Part shown: in pieces, positions 25,603 through 34,703 of the stretch | How the letters are laid out: each line of letters begins with the position of its first letter | Position numbering within the stretch: position 1 is the first letter of the stretch | DNA from: Candidatus Doudnabacteria bacterium | Lineage (GTDB): Bacteria; Patescibacteriota; Doudnabacteria; UBA920 | Direction of reading: 5' to 3' | Assembly (NCBI GenBank): GCA_023245895.1 | Contig: JAHFJJ010000001.1 | Coordinates: 7,621-71,620, forward strand | DNA: 64,000 nt | Notes under the pieces: model-generated | Database searches by the model: none | Told to the model about the DNA's origin: nothing | What the model saw: the letters and a program-made list of their open reading frames with translations, nothing else | Translations under genes and position numbers: made by a program

Positions 25603-26484
25603 TTAGACAAATGATCCGGTTTTTACTTCTCCCGCTCTTTCGTAGTTGGCTACAATAACTCCGCTGGGTGTAACTTTGCTATCAGTTAATTTGAATGCGA
25701 CGGGAATTGTGCCTCCTGCCTGCCGCGTCCGGCCGGCTTTCCACTCACGTTTTAACCATTTTCGGCCAAATCCTGTCTTCAAATCATGCTCACGCTTTAC
25801 TGCCAGTTCACGAGTAATATACTCCTCATAATGGATTATCTCTATAGGCTTACGCAGTTTTGTGTGTTCAGCACCATAGCCGGCTGCATGCTGATTCCAA
25901 CGCTCTGATAGGTCTTGGGTTTGGCCAATATATATCGATCCATCATCACAGAGTATCGCATATACAAAAAATAGATTCGGCCGCGGCGCAGGCAGGTCGG
26001 CAAATAGGCGCTTACCCGAGCCTAAGGTTACAGGAAAAGTTTTTAGCAGTAATTCATCTACCAAATCGTGTTTCAAAAGCGTTTGGATGAGGTTAGCGCT
26101 GCCCCAGACTTTTAAGTCAGGCCCGTCTTGGGCTTTGAGTTTTTTAATTTCCTCTACAATGTCGTCTTTTATAATAATGGAGTTTTTCCAGTCAGCTTTT
26201 GTAAGCGTATTTGAAACTACATACTTGGTGGCTTCGTTAATGCCGGGCCAGCCTTCTTCGTGCTGTGGCCAATAGTTAGAAAATATGTCAAAAGTTTTTC
26301 TGCCCAGGAGCAAATCGGAAGGCTGTTTCATTTGCTCGCCCATTATTTTGCCGGCTACTTCATCAAAATAAGGAAAAGTCCAGCCGCCATACTTAAAGCC
26401 GCCCGAAGTATCTTCTTCCGGTCCGCCCGGCGCCTGCATTACGCCGTCTAAACTAATAAAACTAAGGACAATAATTTTTCTCAT
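25603..26484 (-). CDS. RibD_C/DHFR-like (YwjB-type) reductase-family protein with a GIY-YIG nuclease domain inserted in frame (aa 172-258)
   Basis: The N-terminal 171 aa (IIVLSFISLDGVMQAPGGPEED...GSGKRLF) and the C-terminal 35 aa (TIPVAFKLTDSKVTPSGVIVANYERA) together make a normal RibD C-terminal-domain protein. Between them sits a complete COG2827-type GIY-YIG domain (FFVYAILCDDGSIYIGQTQDLSERWNQHAAGYG...REHDLKTGFGRKWLKRE), encoded at about 25711-25971. Confidence 0.65.
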   Translation of the reverse strand: MRKIIVLSFISLDGVMQAPGGPEEDTSGGFKYGGWTFPYFDEVAGKIMGEQMKQPSDLLLGRKTFDIFSNYWPQHEEGWPGINEATKYVVSNTLTKADWKNSIIIKDDIVEEIKKLKAQDGPDLKVWGSANLIQTLLKHDLVDELLLKTFPVTLGSGKRLFADLPAPRPNLFFVYAILCDDGSIYIGQTQDLSERWNQHAAGYGAEHTKLRKPIEIIHYEEYITRELAVKREHDLKTGFGRKWLKREWKAGRTRQAGGTIPVAFKLTDSKVTPSGVIVANYERAGEVKTGSFV

Positions 26485-26721
26485 ATTTTCGCATTATTAA
26501 TTACGTTTAGACCCTCTATTGAACATTGCTTGGATTAATGGGCTTACTAATTTGTCTGTGAAAAAGGTATCAGGTATCTTTTCTTATTTAAGTTGGGCTG
26601 ACGGATGTTACTTTCCGGCCGCAAGGAGTATGCAGGCTTGGCCGGCGCGGGTTTTAGTGCCTGCCGATTGTTTGACTGAGTCTATCCAGGTAACAAAGTC
26701 CCAAAGTCGGGACTGACTGCT

Positions 26722-27063
26722 TTATTTAGTCCTGAACGGCCGTTGATTAACTTCTTTAAGGATTCTAAGTGTGGCGTGTACCGAGAGGTTATCGCTTGGT
26801 AAAAGTATTAGTTTATCGCCTAATTGGTTGAGCAGCCGGCTTAAAAACTCATCGGCCCAAGACGGCGACAGTGTTAATATGCCGGAAAAATCTATTTCCA
26901 GTTCTTCGTCTTTAGGTAGCCCCCGTAAAGTAGTTTGAAAAGCCTTAAAAGCCTCGCTGCCCAATTCACGCGATATTAAGGTTTTACCAAATTTTTCCAG
27001 TTGCAATTTCATAGTAAGTATTAAATTATTTCCATTTTTTAAAATTCTATTTTTGCCAAACAT
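26722..27063 (-). CDS. DUF4325/STAS-like small protein
   Basis: 113 aa, co-directional with the upstream GHKL ATPase gene and overlapping it by 25 nt. The SpoIIAA-like fold call is weak, made from pattern only. Confidence 0.4.
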   Translation of the reverse strand: MFGKNRILKNGNNLILTMKLQLEKFGKTLISRELGSEAFKAFQTTLRGLPKDEELEIDFSGILTLSPSWADEFLSRLLNQLGDKLILLPSDNLSVHATLRILKEVNQRPFRTK

Positions 27064-27758
27064 CCCCGTACAATGTTCTGCCCGCGTGTAACGCGAAATA
27101 GCTTATCTGTTCCTTGCATGCGCACCTCCGCGTCCCCGCTGGTAAAAAATAAGTCCAGCGGCTGCTCGATTACCACTTCACGGACAAGCTTAAGCCCGTT
27201 GCCGCGTTTTTCCGGCGCGCGTCCGGAGATGAATTCGGTAAACGCGACCTTCACCGCCTCAACATGGCTTGGAAGCTCAGGGCGAACTTGGCGCAAAGTT
27301 TCTAAAATACCCAAACCTCTGTCGGCAAGTACAACAATACCCTTAGCAAGATCGTAACCAAAAAAAATTCCTGCCGTGTCCGGCCATTTACCCAAGTTAT
27401 GGGCAAACGAATTATCGCCAATCTCTCCGGTAATTAAAGTAACCAAGGAATATAACTTTTCAAATCCAGGCTTTTGCATAAGTTCGTATTCCATTTTTGT
27501 GAGCCTTGCATTAAAAATGGAACTTGTTGGACAATAAAACACATTGGGAAACTCGACACCTTCCGAAATCCACTCGGAGGCAAATTTCATCATATCGCTG
27601 GCAAATATTTCTAAGTCTTTTTCTCGATAATAACGATGGCTGCCGCCGTCTTTTTTTATAGCTACCAATTTACCGCTCTCGTCCCAACGGCGTAGTGTAT
27701 TCAAAGAAACCCCAAGATATTGGGATGCCTGGCTAATTGTGAGTAATTTTTCTTCCAT
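27039..27758 (-). CDS. MerR/excisionase-type HTH fused to a GHKL (HATPase_c) ATPase domain
   Basis: N-terminal LTISQASQYLGVSLNTLRRWDESGKL is an HTH_17/MerR-like motif. The C-terminal half has the GHKL N-box and G-boxes (GEIGDNSFAHN; LADRGLGI; RGNGLKLV). Confidence 0.55.
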   Translation of the reverse strand: MEEKLLTISQASQYLGVSLNTLRRWDESGKLVAIKKDGGSHRYYREKDLEIFASDMMKFASEWISEGVEFPNVFYCPTSSIFNARLTKMEYELMQKPGFEKLYSLVTLITGEIGDNSFAHNLGKWPDTAGIFFGYDLAKGIVVLADRGLGILETLRQVRPELPSHVEAVKVAFTEFISGRAPEKRGNGLKLVREVVIEQPLDLFFTSGDAEVRMQGTDKLFRVTRGQNIVRGCLAKIEF

Positions 27759-27960
27759 ACAAACATACTATCACAATATTAAAATCTACACAAGTATAGT
27801 ATAAATCTACCCAAAAAGATGATAATCTACTCATTAATTAGCTAAAATACATACTAACCTAACATAATATTGAACATACATGTATACCGTATGTACATAT
27901 ATTATTCATAAAAATAAGGTAAAATTTGTTAAAACAATGAGGCAATGTCCCATTTTTATG

Positions 27961-28278
27961 TTATTTTTTAGATCGCCTATTAAGTGCCCATTGTACCGAA
28001 GGGCTCACAGACTTATCTGCGCGATGCATACAGCCCAGCCAGCAACACGGACGGCGCATGCCTTCTTTGAGTTCACTGACCACTCTTTTAACATGGTCCT
28101 TCCTGGTCTCTTCTTTCTTGACGAAGGTAGTCCAGCAAATCCACTCATTGCGAGCTAATGGAGTAATGTCCTGCCACAATGCCAAAGCTTTAGCATCGGA
28201 AGCCAGGGCTTTTTTTAAGTCCGTGGGCATTGTGTGCACTGTGCCAGAGGAGATTTTTTTAGTTAGTTTGGTATCCAT
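27961..28278 (-). CDS. YdeI/OmpD-associated family protein
   Basis: 105 aa with the pattern LARNEWICW...ETRKDHVKR typical of this family. Confidence 0.55.
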   Translation of the reverse strand: MDTKLTKKISSGTVHTMPTDLKKALASDAKALALWQDITPLARNEWICWTTFVKKEETRKDHVKRVVSELKEGMRRPCCWLGCMHRADKSVSPSVQWALNRRSKK

Positions 28279-28283
28279 TTATA

Positions 28284-28748
28284 TTACTGACTAATTAATA
28301 CTAATTTACCTTCTGGTTTAGTCCAGTCTGTCCACCGCCACCAAGTTGGAATAAAAACAAACTTCACATAATTTGGTCCGTGGGCCTTATCCTTCTTTTC
28401 AGGAAACTTCCCATGATAAATTTTTTCATACAAATCTGCTTCGTTACCTTTTATTAATCTTGCTATCCCATCCATTTGAAAAGTTTTCATATCTGCCTCA
28501 TTTGTCCCAATTACAACAGATGCCCTGGTTTCTTCCCTTCCGAAAAGGGCCTCGCTTTTCCTATAAGTTTTATTTGTCTCAAAGAAAAACATTAATGGAT
28601 TGTCCTGATGGGCAAAATGAACCGCGGCCGCGTGCGGTGAGCCGTCCATCATTTCTACTGACAACACGCAAACTCGCTGGGATTTAATATAATCAAGTAT
28701 TTCTCGGTTCATATAAAAATAAGCAGGGTTAGTTAAACCTAGAGCCAA
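28284..28748 (-). CDS. Pyridoxamine 5'-phosphate oxidase-like FMN-binding protein
   Basis: 154 aa in a split-barrel pattern (VCVLSVEMMDGSPHAAAVHFAH..., ...ETRASVVIG). Confidence 0.55.
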   Translation of the reverse strand: MALGLTNPAYFYMNREILDYIKSQRVCVLSVEMMDGSPHAAAVHFAHQDNPLMFFFETNKTYRKSEALFGREETRASVVIGTNEADMKTFQMDGIARLIKGNEADLYEKIYHGKFPEKKDKAHGPNYVKFVFIPTWWRWTDWTKPEGKLVLISQ

Positions 28749-28998
28749 AAAATAGAGCTGAGCACAAAATATTCATTATAAAAAACAAGGCCAGAATAAC
28801 CCATGGATTCTTTTGGGGAGTTGTATTTTTATAGACATAATAAATTATTAGCGTACCAATAATGGTGTATATAATCCAAGCCATTATTGCGGTAGGGATA
28901 GATAGGCTCTTGGTAGTTGCATCAAAAAGAAAAGACGTGGCTATTCCTAACATTACACTAACATAGTACATTCTTGAGCTGCTGCCTAAATTTGGCAT
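28729..28998 (-). CDS. Small membrane protein, 3 TM helices
   Basis: Hydrophobic 89 aa ORF overlapping the start of the upstream gene. Confidence 0.3.
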   Translation of the reverse strand: MPNLGSSSRMYYVSVMLGIATSFLFDATTKSLSIPTAIMAWIIYTIIGTLIIYYVYKNTTPQKNPWVILALFFIMNILCSALFFGSRFN

Positions 28999-29054
28999 AT
29001 TTTGTGATTTTACTTAATAAAAGAAGTAAAAGGGACCAAGAGCTTTTACTTTGC

Positions 29055-29462
29055 CTAATTATCTGAATTTTGGTTGATTCCTTTTTGGAGACTTAAAAAT
29101 TTTGTAACAATTTTATTTAACAACGGCCATTCCTTCCACTCTCCGGAGTTGGCTACCCTATTTATTCCTATAACTATTAAAAGCAGGACTGCGCTTATTA
29201 CGGTTTTAAAAATAAATAAAGGGCTGATAGAAACAACTTGATTGGCTATTTCGGTCCGAAAAATAAAGTAGACACCTATAAAAAATAAAATACCCGCTAC
29301 TAAATCAAAAAACTGTGAGAAAGGACGGTCTTTACTAACAACCCCATCTTCCGGTCTCCAGGCTGTATGACCAAAAGTATTACCTAACCAATATAACAAC
29401 AGGCTAATTGTTGCTGTGAGAATAAAAGGAATGAAAATAAAAAATTTAAACAACCTATTCAT
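29055..29462 (-). CDS. Membrane protein, 4 TM helices
   Basis: Hydrophobic 135 aa ORF. Confidence 0.35.
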   Translation of the reverse strand: MNRLFKFFIFIPFILTATISLLLYWLGNTFGHTAWRPEDGVVSKDRPFSQFFDLVAGILFFIGVYFIFRTEIANQVVSISPLFIFKTVISAVLLLIVIGINRVANSGEWKEWPLLNKIVTKFLSLQKGINQNSDN

Positions 29463-29469
29463 ATATTAC

Positions 29470-29970
29470 TTAAAAGTTTCCCTCGTCTGCCGAAGGCCCA
29501 TACAAGGAAGGGACGGGGAGGTTATTGAGCCTCATATATACGGTTAACTGGCCGCGGTGGTGGACCGAGTGGTTTATGGTGGAGCCGATAAAATCTTTAA
29601 TAGGCATGCTCATAAGCACTTTGCCGCCGGCTTTGAGCTCAAAGGGCTCTACTATGTCTTGGTCGGAAATATTTTGCAGGGCTTTTTTTGCTGCCTGCAT
29701 ATTTTCGTCAAAATGGTTAACCAAGTCCGCGGTTACTTTTAAGTCTATATGCTTCCAGGTGGCAAAATCTATTTCCCCGCCGCTGGCCATTGTGGCAATC
29801 CACTTGGGCACTTCCGCCACAAGCAACGCCAAATAACCCATAGCCATAGACTTTTCGTGCGGCTTATACTGGAACAAACTTTCCGGAATCCTCTCCAAAC
29901 ATTTCCTGCTGGCCGCTGCCTCTGCCTCCAGCTCTGCTAAAAACATTTGCCCTATTGTTGTATTATTCAT
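29470..29970 (-). CDS. DinB/YfiT-like (DinB_2) family protein, a paralog of 3816-4316
   Basis: HHRGQ motif. The C-terminal SLYGPSADE is almost identical to the other copy. 166 aa, the same length. Confidence 0.7.
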   Translation of the reverse strand: MNNTTIGQMFLAELEAEAAASRKCLERIPESLFQYKPHEKSMAMGYLALLVAEVPKWIATMASGGEIDFATWKHIDLKVTADLVNHFDENMQAAKKALQNISDQDIVEPFELKAGGKVLMSMPIKDFIGSTINHSVHHRGQLTVYMRLNNLPVPSLYGPSADEGNF

Positions 29971-29981
29971 GTTACCCCTTT

Positions 29982-30413
29982 CTATATATTATTTTTTTGA
30001 TGAATTTTTTTTCTATGCATATATACAGTTTTTATTAGCGAGGCCAGCACTTTCTCGTTTACATCGGAAAGGCGGTTTATGTACAGGCAGCCTCCGCCTC
30101 TTTTATGCTTTCCTAATTTAGCCAAAAGCGCCGGGTCTTCCTGCTTCCACGCCAAAATATAAAGAGTCAGGTTTTGCTTACGGGGTGAAAAACCCACCAA
30201 AAACCAGTCGCCCTCCTGCGCGCTTTTCTCGGATTTATAATGGTATTTCCCAAAGCCCACCATACTCGTCCCCCACATTACCGGTTTTTCGCCGGTAATT
30301 TTTTTAAAAAGTTTAAGCAATGTAAGGGCGTCTTTGCGCTTTTCGTCCGGCTTTATGGAGTTTATAAATTTTAAAACGCTCTCTTTGGTTGCCTTTGTTT
30401 TTAGTTCTGCCAT
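29982..30413 (-). CDS. DUF1801 (YdhG-like) family protein
   Basis: 143 aa with the pattern VLKFINSI...ALTLLKLFKKITGEKPVMWGTSMVGFGKYHYKS. Confidence 0.55.
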   Translation of the reverse strand: MAELKTKATKESVLKFINSIKPDEKRKDALTLLKLFKKITGEKPVMWGTSMVGFGKYHYKSEKSAQEGDWFLVGFSPRKQNLTLYILAWKQEDPALLAKLGKHKRGGGCLYINRLSDVNEKVLASLIKTVYMHRKKIHQKNNI

Positions 30414-30435
30414 AAAATTTGCTTTGTAAATTTTA

Positions 30436-30478
30436 CTCCGACCTGTTCCGACTGAAACGTCGGAACAGGTCGGAGTAA
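30436..30478. repeat. Perfect 19-bp-stem hairpin tactccgacctgttccgac-tgaaa-cgtcggaacaggtcggagta
   Basis: It lies between divergent genes. It is too long and GC-balanced for a simple terminator, so a recombination or operator site is possible. Confidence 0.5.
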
Positions 30479-31245
30479 GTACTAAATTTAATTATATAAT
30501 CATAATAACCCAAGGCGCTAGGCTTTGTCGAGGTCGCCTGCCTGCCTAACCCCCAGGATGCGCGGGAACACGTAAAATTTTCTATTATATACCTTTTGTG
30601 CTATACTCGTATTATGAAGAATAAAAAATATCTAGCTTTTGCAGGTTGTATGTTTTTGGGGATGGGCATAGGCGCTCTGTTGGGTGATACCGGCGCGGGC
30701 ACGCTCATTGGTATGGGCGCGGGCTTTCTTGCCAGTCTTTTCGTGAAATAGGAACGAACCCTTACTCATAAAACATTTGGAATGTAAAAACCACCATGAG
30801 CTTGTCGAATGGTGATTTTTGTTGGCTCAGCACTATAGAAAGCGTTGGAACTATTTGGAAAAGAAAATTAGACTTCTTTTGTCAGCTCCCATTTCCGATT
30901 ACGAACTGTATAAACTTTTTTCCATTGAACCCCAACTGCACCTTGGGGCGCCTCAACGTCGCCTTTATGATTATAATAGTCCTCAGTGCCTTTGCTTTCG
31001 TCGCGTCGCAAAATAACAGTATGTTGATCGCCTTCTTTTGAACCAAATCCGTCTTAGGATAACTCCCAGTTGAATACAGGCTCCTTTGCTGAACCTTGCC
31101 AGCCTGCTTCGGTTAAATAGTGATTTGTATCTAAACCGGAAAAATCGGGCGTTTCTTTTTCGTTCATATTTTTATAAAATAAATTTATTTAACTTTTTCT
31201 GCAACTTAATTATAGCATAAACAGGTCCGAGCTTCTACTTCCCCG

Positions 31246-31282
31246 AATTAAAATCCACCAATGTTTATTGGTGGATTTTAAT
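31246..31282. promoter_or_regulatory. 36-nt palindrome attaaaatccaccaat-gttt-attggtggattttaat upstream of the Fic-like gene
   Basis: A perfect 16-bp inverted repeat about 140 nt upstream of a TATAAT (31423-31428) and ATG 31442. Candidate operator or att-like site. Confidence 0.4.
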
Positions 31283-31441
31283 GGCTCCGAGCGGCACGAG
31301 AACTTAGAACCGTTATTTTAAGCGGATGGAAATCTTATAAAATGGACATGGCAGTAAAAATAATCAGAAAGGGTCTGTAAGCTTACTAGGCCAAGCCCCA
31401 ATTATGACCTTCCAATTAATTATTGCTATAATCGTATCAAT

Positions 31442-32530
31442 ATGATACGATATAAGTACTTAAATGATACGAAAATGACTACTATATCAACAAAACAGCA
31501 AACTATTATAGGTATCTTCCTTGAAAAAGGAGGTATACAATCATCCGATGTCTATGAAGAAGTCACCAAACTTGGAGAAAAAACTTCACTAGTAACGGTA
31601 AAAAGGATGCTGTCTGAAATGGCCAGTGAAGGTATTTTGGAAGTTTCCGGCTCCGGAAGGTCAACCGGCTATCATATTAGTCCTAAAGGTCGAGTGTTTG
31701 CCGAAATAAATTCCAAAGAATATATTTCTGCGGAACCTGATAAGCGGTTTGGCTTAAGCCGTTATAATTTTGACTTGTTGTCATCCATTCCCGAGGAGAT
31801 TTTTACAGATGAAGAATTAAAACGATTGAAAAACGCTACTATTGAATATGAAAAAAGAATAACGGACTTGCCAGCGGCAATCCAAAAAAAAGAAATGGAA
31901 CGGCTGATCATTGAGCTATCTTGGAAATCATCACGGATAGAAGGCAATACCTATACTCTCTTGGATACCGAGAAGTTGATTCTGGAAAACAAGGAAGCAC
32001 CTGGTCATAGTAAAAAAGAAGCGCAAATGATACTCAACCATAAAGATGCTTTTAACTACATTCACAAAAACTCCGCCCAATTTAAAACTTTGACCCGAAA
32101 AAATCTTGAAGAACTACACGCTATCTTGGTGAAAGATTTAAGTGTGGGACTGGGACTGCGAAAAAAACCGGTGGGAGTTACAGGTTCCAAATATTTACCC
32201 TTGGATAATATCCACCAGATTACAGAAGCAGTGGAAAACCTTTCGGCCACTGTAACGCGTATAACCACTCCTTATGCCAAGGCCTTGGTTGCCTTATTGG
32301 GTATTAGTTATATCCAACCGTTTGAAGACGGCAACAAAAGGACATCCCGGCTTATGGCTAATGCCTTACTTCTTTCCCATTCCCTTGCCCCGCTTTCGTA
32401 TAGGAGTGTTGATGAAAATGAATACCGCGAAGCCGTGTTGGTATTTTATGAATTGAATTCTCTTGTACCGATGAAAAAAATATTCATCAATCAATATGAG
32501 TTTGCTACCCAAAATTACGCGGTAAAATAA
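31442..32530 (+). CDS. Fic/Doc-family protein with a non-canonical motif (QPFEDGNKRTSR)
   Basis: N-terminal winged-helix-like region plus a Fic core. The motif position reads QPFEDGNKR. Canonical Fic is HPFx(D/E)GNGR and Doc is HxFx(D/N)(A/G)NKR, so it is Doc-like (NKR) with the catalytic His replaced by Gln. Confidence 0.7.
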   Translation: MIRYKYLNDTKMTTISTKQQTIIGIFLEKGGIQSSDVYEEVTKLGEKTSLVTVKRMLSEMASEGILEVSGSGRSTGYHISPKGRVFAEINSKEYISAEPDKRFGLSRYNFDLLSSIPEEIFTDEELKRLKNATIEYEKRITDLPAAIQKKEMERLIIELSWKSSRIEGNTYTLLDTEKLILENKEAPGHSKKEAQMILNHKDAFNYIHKNSAQFKTLTRKNLEELHAILVKDLSVGLGLRKKPVGVTGSKYLPLDNIHQITEAVENLSATVTRITTPYAKALVALLGISYIQPFEDGNKRTSRLMANALLLSHSLAPLSYRSVDENEYREAVLVFYELNSLVPMKKIFINQYEFATQNYAVK

Positions 32531-32531
32531 A

Positions 32532-34703
32532 TTAAATCTTTACAAGTTTGTTATAATAGCGTTTCCGCTGTTTAAATTGCCTTTCAAGAAAGGCGATTTT
32601 TTTGTCTTCGTAATCAATAATGGTTTTTTGGTTATTCTTGCCTCGCATGCGGCCAATATATTGGATTAGTTTTCCTTCAAAAGAAAATGGAAAAGCAATT
32701 ATCAAACAGTCAATGCTTGGGATGTCCAGCCCTTCACCAAAAAATTGGCCAGTTGAAAGAATTGCTTGGTAATGGCCGGTTTGGATTTGTTTCAGTTTGA
32801 TTGTTCGTTTGGCGTTGGAATCCTCACCTGATATGGTAATAGTTTCGCATAGGCCTTTGAGATAAAGACTTAAAATTTCCAAGTGATCACGTCGTTCCGA
32901 CAAAAACAAGACTTTTTTGCCTTGGCTGGTTTGTTCCTGAATGTCTTTGACTATCATCTGGTTGCGGTTAGTATCAAAACAAATAAGTTTGGCCAAGAGT
33001 TGAAAGTTGTCAGTGGTGAACTTGAAAGGAACTTCCAGGTTGGTTTCTCGGACAATGATTTGCGTGTTGACTGATTTGTAAGCTGCCGCAGCCGTTTCAG
33101 CTATTATTTCCAGTGCATACTCCATTTGGGCGATGATGTCTCCAATGAACATATAAATTAAGGGCTCATCGTTATGCTTCCGCTTGGGCGTAGCAGTAAG
33201 GCCATAAATGTATTTGGGATTAAGCTGGCTGATAACCTCGCGGAAAGTCTTGGCAGGAATATGGTGACATTCATCTACAATTATCGTACCGAATTTGTTT
33301 TGCAGTTCGGCAAAATTGCCAATTCGTACTAAAGTTTGCATCATGGCTATTGTAATTTCCTCGCCGGTCTTTTTCTTAACAGAATAGTATTGCCCAATGT
33401 CCTTTTTAGGAATTCCCAAAAACGATTGCGTACGTTCAACCCATTGGTCAAGCAATTGCTTGCGATGAACTAAAATTAAGGCCGGCAGTTTTCTTTTGGC
33501 GATAACCTCCAGACCTATTATAGTTTTGCCACTACCGGAAGGTGCGACAATAACGCCGCTATCAGCTTCCAAGGCCTTTGCTACAATCGGCTTCTGCTCA
33601 GGTAAGAGCTTAATGTTGCTCGTAAACTTTACCTCCGGTATTTGCGGTCGTTGGTCTTTAATTTGATAAGCAATTCGGTTATCATGCAAAAAAGAAATTA
33701 GCTGATTTAAAAATCCCCGCGGCAATAAAACATCATCGCCATCTTCCTCAAGCAATTTAAAGAACTTTTGGACTTTGTGAACGGATTTGCCTAACCGTTT
33801 CTTGGTTAAGTATTCCGTGCTAATAAAATTGAGCTTTTCTTTCAAAAAATGGATAAGCTGAGGGGTGAGCTCAGAGCGATTTAAAATAATTTTGCTGTTT
33901 AAAGTTAATCTGACCGATGAAACACCTAACGCTTCCGACACAAAGCTAACGGGCTTGTTAAATACGTTTGAATAAGCTGTTTCAAGTTCCACACCTGTGT
34001 GCTTATATATCGTTTGCAAAAAAGCCCATTGATCGGGATAGGGCTTAAAAGTTTCAGGATCTAAAAATAACGTATTGCTTAGCCGAACAGCTTGGCCTTG
34101 CAGAGGAATGGCAATAAGGTTACCAAACCCCTCTTTGGCTAAACTGTCTTGGTTTGGAAAAAGTCTGTCAAAGCTGACTTCCTTATCAAATTCCGAAAGT
34201 TTTAACACCCGGCGGATTATTTCCAAAATTATTTGTCGGCTCTTATAGCAAGGGTATGGGCTTCCAAAAAATATCCAAACATGCCCGCCGTTGCCTGAAC
34301 GGGATCGTTCAAGATAGGGGTGGAGGCCAACCTTTAGGCATTCGTCAATAAAATTTTTGCAATCCTGTTGCCAAGTACTGCCGTCAAAATCAGCGGCGAT
34401 AAAATACGAAGTATTATCTTGCAGAATTGGGTAAATACCAATAGCACTTGCACCAATTAAATGTTTTCTAACAATATCCGGTGTTAAGGGTATTAATTTT
34501 TTATCTTTAAAGTCCTTGAAGGCCCCACCCTTAAGTTTAAAATTATTGTAAGCTGTCCAATTGACGTCGTAAGCCGGACTATAGTTGCCTTGGCCATTCT
34601 TCTCCCAGTACTTGGCATACACATCTGTTCTGCCGCGAAAGAGCGACTGGTATAAATTCAGCTGTTCTTCAGTAATACTCTGTATCATATATTTAAATTC
34701 CAA
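32532..34703 (-). CDS. PrimPol (archaeo-eukaryotic primase-like) domain fused to an SF2 DExH helicase
   Basis: N-terminal AEP motifs: FIAADFDGSTW (the DxD motif) and SRSGNGGHVWIFF (sGxGxH). C-terminal helicase motifs: VIVAPSGSGKT (Walker A), IIVDECHH (motif II), GLTATP (III), LDIPSIDCLI (V) and QYIGRMRG (VI). 723 aa. Confidence 0.7.
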   Translation of the reverse strand: MEFKYMIQSITEEQLNLYQSLFRGRTDVYAKYWEKNGQGNYSPAYDVNWTAYNNFKLKGGAFKDFKDKKLIPLTPDIVRKHLIGASAIGIYPILQDNTSYFIAADFDGSTWQQDCKNFIDECLKVGLHPYLERSRSGNGGHVWIFFGSPYPCYKSRQIILEIIRRVLKLSEFDKEVSFDRLFPNQDSLAKEGFGNLIAIPLQGQAVRLSNTLFLDPETFKPYPDQWAFLQTIYKHTGVELETAYSNVFNKPVSFVSEALGVSSVRLTLNSKIILNRSELTPQLIHFLKEKLNFISTEYLTKKRLGKSVHKVQKFFKLLEEDGDDVLLPRGFLNQLISFLHDNRIAYQIKDQRPQIPEVKFTSNIKLLPEQKPIVAKALEADSGVIVAPSGSGKTIIGLEVIAKRKLPALILVHRKQLLDQWVERTQSFLGIPKKDIGQYYSVKKKTGEEITIAMMQTLVRIGNFAELQNKFGTIIVDECHHIPAKTFREVISQLNPKYIYGLTATPKRKHNDEPLIYMFIGDIIAQMEYALEIIAETAAAAYKSVNTQIIVRETNLEVPFKFTTDNFQLLAKLICFDTNRNQMIVKDIQEQTSQGKKVLFLSERRDHLEILSLYLKGLCETITISGEDSNAKRTIKLKQIQTGHYQAILSTGQFFGEGLDIPSIDCLIIAFPFSFEGKLIQYIGRMRGKNNQKTIIDYEDKKIAFLERQFKQRKRYYNKLVKI

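Noticed and set aside
31054-31167. 37 aa minus-strand ORF beginning MNEKE, like the DinB N-terminus
   Set aside because: No RBS and too short. The similarity is limited to five residues.
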